Positions 58,193 to 64,000 of a stretch of 64,000 bases of DNA are shown here, piece by piece (position 1 is the first letter of the stretch; every line of letters starts with the position of its first letter). The notes beneath the pieces are model-generated. The model was given only the letters and a program-made list of their open reading frames with translations, did no database searches and was not told where the DNA came from. The translations under genes were made by a program, and so were the position numbers. The stretch lies in the NCBI GenBank assembly GCA_963762445.1, contig CAVXLA010000007.1, forward strand, positions 72,546 to 136,545, written 5' to 3'. The DNA is from an uncultured Chloroflexia bacterium. GTDB lineage: Bacteria; Chloroflexota; Limnocylindria; Limnocylindrales; CSP1-4.

Positions 58193-59116
58193 CTACGGCA
58201 GGGCGGCCACGAGGGCGCGCCCGCCGGGGCCCGGCCGCAGCTCCCAGGCGCCCGCCGCCGCGGGGACCACGATCGTCTCGAGGGCCGCGAGCCGCCGCGA
58301 CCAGCCCGCCCCGGCCAGCTCCGCCGACGCCCCGACCGCGGTCACGACCTGGACGGTGCGCCCGCCGGGATCGAGGCGCGCCGGCGCGTCCGCGACGTCG
58401 AGCACGAAGTGCCGGCAGGCGGCAACCCGTCCGCCGCCGGCCGTCGCCCGCACCGCGGGCCGGCTCTGCGGGACGACGGCGGCGAGCGCCTCCCTCGCGT
58501 GGAGCGGCCGCCCGGGCGAGGCGGCCCGCCCCCAGTCGTCGACGCGATACGTCAGGTCCGACGGCTGCTGGAGCTCGTAGAGGAAGACGCCCGGTCCGAT
58601 CGCGTGGAGCGTCCCCGCCGCCAGCAGGAGGACGTCGCCGGCCGAGACGGCGTGGCGGGCGAGGAGGCCGGTCGTGGCGGCACCCCGGCGCATCGCGGCG
58701 CGCAGGTCGGCCTCGCGCACCCCCGGCCGGGCGCCCGCCAGGAGCTGCGCCCCCGGCGCGGCGTCGATGACGTACCAGGCCTCGGCCTTGCCGACAGCGT
58801 CGGGACCGGCCAGGCGGCGCGCGGTCCCGTCGTCGGGATGGACCTGGACCGACAGCCAGGCCGCGGGGTCGATGAGCTTCACCAGCAGCGGGAAGCGCGG
58901 CCCGCGCCTTGGCCGGGCGCTCGCGCCCACAAGGGCGGGGCCGAGCTCCGCCGCCAGGTCGTCGAGCGTGCGCCCGGCGCCGGGTCCGTCGGCGGCGCGC
59001 AGCCAGGGGCCCGCGACCCACAGCTCACCGACCGGCAACGCGCCCGGGGGTCCGAGGCGGGTGCCGCCCCAGACGCGCTCCTGGGCAAGCGGGATGACCC
59101 GGAAGGGAGTCAGCAC
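58193..59116 (-). CDS. manA: Type I phosphomannose isomerase (mannose-6-phosphate isomerase family)
   Basis: ERVWGG, FPLLVKLIDPAAWLSVQVHPDD, GKAEAWYVI and AGTLHAIGPG. Confidence 0.85.
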   Translation of the reverse strand: MLTPFRVIPLAQERVWGGTRLGPPGALPVGELWVAGPWLRAADGPGAGRTLDDLAAELGPALVGASARPRRGPRFPLLVKLIDPAAWLSVQVHPDDGTARRLAGPDAVGKAEAWYVIDAAPGAQLLAGARPGVREADLRAAMRRGAATTGLLARHAVSAGDVLLLAAGTLHAIGPGVFLYELQQPSDLTYRVDDWGRAASPGRPLHAREALAAVVPQSRPAVRATAGGGRVAACRHFVLDVADAPARLDPGGRTVQVVTAVGASAELAGAGWSRRLAALETIVVPAAAGAWELRPGPGGRALVAALP

Positions 59117-59125
59117 CCACCGAGC

Positions 59126-60337
59126 CTACAACGGCCGGGACCCTGCGGTGGCGTCGGCGCGGCCGGGCCGAGGCCGGACGACCGGCCGGGGCGAGAGCGC
59201 CGCGGCCAGCACATCCCCCACGATCGCCCCGAGCTGGTCCCACTCCACGAGGAAGGCGTCGTGGCCCTTCGTCGAGTGCAGCTCGCGGTAGCCGGCGTGG
59301 GCGCCCTCGGCCGCGGTCGCCGCGACGAGCGCCCGCACCTGGTCGGGCCCGTAGAGGATGTCGCCGGTGATCCCGAGGCCCGTGAGCCGGACGCCGTGGT
59401 CGGCGAGGCGGGCGAGTGCCGGGCCGAGGCCGCCCCGGCCGGCTCCGACGTCGTGGCGGTCCATCGCCGCCACGAGGACCCGGTAGGTCTCGGGGTCGAA
59501 CCGACCCACGAGCTTGCGGCCCTGATAGGCCAGATAGCTCGTGATCGACGGCGTCCCGTCCGGCTCGACCGCGCGCCCGAACCGCTGGTCGAAGTCGACC
59601 TCGCTCCGATACGTCGTCATCGCCAGGCGCCGGGCAAGGTCCAGGCCGTCCTCGCCGAGCCGGCGGACGAGCTCGAGCTGGATGCCGTTCCAGGCGATCG
59701 CGAGGGCGCCGGTGGCGGCCGGTGCCGCGATCGGCAGGACGTGGGCGACCGCCTCGGGGCGCTCGAGGGCCACCTCGAGGGCGACCATGCCCCCCAGTGA
59801 GCCGCCGGCGACCACGGCGAGCCGATCGATCCCGAGGGCGTCCAGGAGCGCCCACTGGGCGCGTGCCTGGTCGCGGGTGGAGACGGCAGGGAAGGCCGAG
59901 CCGTAGGGCCGGCCGGTCGCGGGGTCGGGGCTGGTCGGGCCCGTCGTCCCGTACGAGCCGCCGAGAAGATTCGCGCAGAGGACGCCGACCCGGGTCGTGT
60001 CGAGGGCGCGGCCCGGCCCGATGAGCGGCGCCCACCAGTCGCCGGCCGCGTCGGCGCTGCCGGTGAGCGCGTGGACCACCAGGACCTGTGCGGCGTCCGC
60101 AGGCCCGGGGCCGTCGTGGCGGTAGGCGACGCGGAGCGCCGGGAGGACCGTGCCGTCGTCGAGGGTGAACGGCCCGACCTCGCGGGTGACCACGCCGCCC
60201 GTGTCGAAGGGCGACGGCGGGCGCGGCCCCACGGCCGGGCCGAGACCGGCCCGGCGCGCACGCCCCGCAGCGGGGAGGGGCGAGGGACCGGCACTGGCCG
60301 CCTGCGCGGGACCGGTGCCGGCCGCCTCCGCGGCCAC
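59126..60337 (-). CDS. metX: Homoserine O-acetyltransferase
   Basis: VVHALTGSADAAGDWW, GGSLGGMVALE (nucleophile elbow) and STKGHDAFLVE. The start is either GTG 60337 (2 nt after the metY stop) or GTG 60193. Confidence 0.85.
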   Translation of the reverse strand: MAAEAAGTGPAQAASAGPSPLPAAGRARRAGLGPAVGPRPPSPFDTGGVVTREVGPFTLDDGTVLPALRVAYRHDGPGPADAAQVLVVHALTGSADAAGDWWAPLIGPGRALDTTRVGVLCANLLGGSYGTTGPTSPDPATGRPYGSAFPAVSTRDQARAQWALLDALGIDRLAVVAGGSLGGMVALEVALERPEAVAHVLPIAAPAATGALAIAWNGIQLELVRRLGEDGLDLARRLAMTTYRSEVDFDQRFGRAVEPDGTPSITSYLAYQGRKLVGRFDPETYRVLVAAMDRHDVGAGRGGLGPALARLADHGVRLTGLGITGDILYGPDQVRALVAATAAEGAHAGYRELHSTKGHDAFLVEWDQLGAIVGDVLAAALSPRPVVRPRPGRADATAGSRPL

Positions 60338-60339
60338 GG

Positions 60340-61908
<1,569 letters not shown>

Positions 61909-61947
61909 TCAACCAGGCCACGGTCGTGATCTGCATCGTCGGCGGAG

Positions 61948-63065
61948 TGTGCACGATCATCGGGCGGAATGCAAACGGGTGTAGTCGTTCGGTACCTCCG
62001 TTACACATCGACCTCGAGCGATGCCAGGTACTCGGCCGGGGTCAGGTAGCCGAGGGCCTGGTGGGGGCGGATGGTGTTGTAGACGGCCTCCCAGGCCCGG
62101 AGCGCGACCTGGAAGGCCTCGAGCTCGGGCTCGGCGGCGGTCACCTCGTAGAACTCCTCGGTGTGGGTCCGGTTCGCCCGCTCGACGGCGCCGTGGAGCT
62201 TGGGGGAGCGCGGCGGCAGGACGAAGAGGCGGATGCCGCGGGCCTCGCAGGCAGCCTCGAACTCGGCCATGAACTCCGACCCGTTGTCGATGCTGATCGC
62301 CCGGACCCCGAACGGCATCCGCTCGGCGAGGCGATCGAGGACCGCGGCCGCGGCCGTCGCCGTCGCCCGACGTCCCAGCTCGACGACGTCCCAGCGGGAG
62401 ACGACATCGCGGGCGGTGAACTGCTTCCAGATCCGGCCGGGCAGGGGCCGGATGTCGAGGGTGTCGAGCTCGACGAGGTCGCCCGGCCGACGGACCGACC
62501 AGCCGGCCGGCCGCCGGATCGCGTAGGGCCGCGACCAGCGCCGGCGGCGGACGCCCATCCGGCGCCGGGCCGGCTCCCGGAGCTCGCCGGTGGCCCGCAG
62601 CCGGCCCAGGATCCGGCCCACCATCGAGACCGACAGGCGGATCCCCTCCCGGCGCAGCAGGACGACGAGCTTGTCCTTGCCCCAGCGGGGGTAGCGCTCG
62701 CGCTGGCGGCGGACGGCGACGAGCTCCACGAGGGTCCAGGTCGGGCGCCTTCGGCGGACCGGCCGGGAGCTGCGGTCCTCGAGGCTCTCGAGGCGCGACC
62801 GGTCGAAGCGTCCGAGCCAGCGGTACATCGTCGGGCGGGAGTACCCGAAGTGGCGGGCGGTGCGGGCGACGTTCTCCCCGTGCTCCCGGTGCCAGTCGAG
62901 CATCTCGAGGCGGACCCGGGCGCTCCGGGAGAGGTCGGGCGGAGGCGTCGCGATCGGGCGCGGTCCGCTGCGCCGCACGCGGTGCGTGCCGCCGGCCTGG
63001 CGGGCGGCCTTCCGCCAACGGGTAGACTTCGGCATCGAGAGCCCTCCTGCTGCTGATGTCAGACA
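61948..63065 (-). mobile_element. IS481-family insertion sequence (boundaries approximate)
   Basis: A single DDE transposase ORF. Only weak terminal inverted-repeat candidates were found (tgtgcacgatcatc... at 61948 versus ...gatgtcagaca ending at 63065, roughly 9/17 matches). No clear target-site duplication. Confidence 0.55.
62001..63035 (-). CDS. IS481-family transposase (HTH + rve/DDE integrase core)
   Basis: N-terminal HTH (ARTARHFGYSRPTMYRWL). DDE core: VELDTLDI..., ISIDNGSEFMA..., RSPKLHGAVERANRT..., YNTIRPHQALG. Confidence 0.9.
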   Translation of the reverse strand: MPKSTRWRKAARQAGGTHRVRRSGPRPIATPPPDLSRSARVRLEMLDWHREHGENVARTARHFGYSRPTMYRWLGRFDRSRLESLEDRSSRPVRRRRPTWTLVELVAVRRQRERYPRWGKDKLVVLLRREGIRLSVSMVGRILGRLRATGELREPARRRMGVRRRRWSRPYAIRRPAGWSVRRPGDLVELDTLDIRPLPGRIWKQFTARDVVSRWDVVELGRRATATAAAAVLDRLAERMPFGVRAISIDNGSEFMAEFEAACEARGIRLFVLPPRSPKLHGAVERANRTHTEEFYEVTAAEPELEAFQVALRAWEAVYNTIRPHQALGYLTPAEYLASLEVDV

Positions 63066-63222
63066 CCACCAGCGTAGCGAGGGCTCTCAGCTCATTCCCG
63101 GGCCCGGATCCGCCTCACTCCACGCCCAGGCCCGGTGTCACGGACGTATCTGGACGCGATCACCGGGTCAGCGGCGGCGCCGCGCGGGAATGTCGTGGGA
63201 GACCCGGAACGGTGCAGGCCGG

Positions 63223-63990
63223 TCAGGCCAGGGCGGACAGGAGATCGACCACGTGGGCAAGCCGGTCGGGCGTCAGGCCCCGCTGGGCCGGCATCGCCGC
63301 CAGCCAGGCCGGCACGTCGTCGGGCCGCACCACGGCGCAGCCGTCCGTCCGGGCGATCTCGCCCGGGTCGCCGAGCACTGCTGCCTGCACCCGCACCACG
63401 AAGTCGCGCTCCTGGGTCTCCAGGTGGCGGCGCAGCCGGTCCGCGTCCCGGGCCGCCCGCTGGAGCGGGTTCTCGATGGAGCGCCACGTCCGGTCGGCGA
63501 GGCGGACCTCCCAGCGATCGCCCATGCGACGCGTCGCCGCAGCGGGCGGGAGCGACTCGAACAGGGTGACCCCGTGCGGACCGACCACGACCTCGGGGAG
63601 GCGCCGGCCGTCGGGCAGGCGGACGCGTGGGATCACCGTACAGCCGTCGGGGAGCAGCTCCGCGCGTCGCGTCACCGGGGGCGTCTCGCCGCGCGCGGCG
63701 CTGGCGTTCGCGACGGCCCCACCGAGGCGCGCGATCCCCGCGATGGCGAAGCCTGCAGGGGCCGTGAGGGCAACCGCGAGCGAGACGGCCCCCATCAGCG
63801 GCGTCACCTCGCTGCGCGAGCCGAGGTCCACCAGGCGGGCAAGGAGCGGCGTGGCGAAGACGAGCCAGGCGGCGGCGACGGCGATTCCCAGCCAGGCCGC
63901 GCCGACGATCGCGGGCGGGGCGGCAGCCGCGAGCCCGGAGCTGGGGCGCCGCGCACGCGGGCGTGCGGTGGCGGGCGCGGAGATCTGCAT
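63223..63990 (-). CDS. NERD-domain-like membrane protein
   Basis: Two or three N-terminal TM helices, then PEVVVGPHGVTLFE...W...ENPLQRAARDADRLRRHL, which resembles the nuclease-related (NERD) domain pattern. Confidence 0.55.
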   Translation of the reverse strand: MQISAPATARPRARRPSSGLAAAAPPAIVGAAWLGIAVAAAWLVFATPLLARLVDLGSRSEVTPLMGAVSLAVALTAPAGFAIAGIARLGGAVANASAARGETPPVTRRAELLPDGCTVIPRVRLPDGRRLPEVVVGPHGVTLFESLPPAAATRRMGDRWEVRLADRTWRSIENPLQRAARDADRLRRHLETQERDFVVRVQAAVLGDPGEIARTDGCAVVRPDDVPAWLAAMPAQRGLTPDRLAHVVDLLSALA

Positions 63991-64000
63991 CGCCTGATCG

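Overview
The window is a very GC-rich bacterial chromosomal segment. Third codon positions are almost all G/C by eye (no number computed), RBSs are strong AGGAGG-type, and many gene pairs are coupled by ATGA/GTGA/TGATG overlaps. The gene content includes an LLM-class (F420-type) oxidoreductase, MetX/MetY, System II (ResABC/CcdA) cytochrome c maturation and Pro/Thr-rich linkers. This suggests an Actinomycetota- or Chloroflexota-like, probably monoderm, organism, but the phylum cannot be proven from the sequence alone.

Most long ORFs in the six-frame track are GC-driven shadow ORFs (Arg/Pro/Gly-rich). I made calls from recognisable family motifs, GC3, RBSs and translational coupling. I call about 60 protein genes, 1 tRNA, 1 IS481-family insertion sequence, 1 decayed gene and several repeats and hairpins.

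Ordinary blocks:
- A KefB-type antiporter, which runs off the left edge and is missing from the ORF track.
- A crotonase/thiolase pair, then uppS and erpA.
- A small Moco oxidoreductase.
- A GT2 gene coupled to a UPF0104 membrane protein.
- An OpuC-type osmoprotectant ABC operon.
- A MacAB-like efflux set.
- An ATP-dependent DNA ligase.
- A GAF histidine kinase with a NarL-type regulator.
- A rhodanese and a class V aminotransferase.
- A ModE-like regulator with modAB.
- A DeoR/BtpA(SgcQ)/FGGY sugar module.
- manA, metX and metY.

The stand-out is a 13.4-kb co-directional minus-strand locus at 27.2-40.5 kb. Its gene order is TPR protein, NHL propeller, OmcS-like hexahaem cytochrome, 924-aa octahaem modular cytochrome, TPR protein, CcdA, ResB, CcsA, ResA, and a decahaem NapC/NirT-type cytochrome. 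I interpret it as a candidate extracellular electron-transfer or cytochrome-filament system.

Other points worth a second look:
- A histidinol-dehydrogenase remnant.
- A helically phased octamer array upstream of the GT2 gene.
- A tRNA with anticodon UAU.
- An IS481 insertion next to metY.
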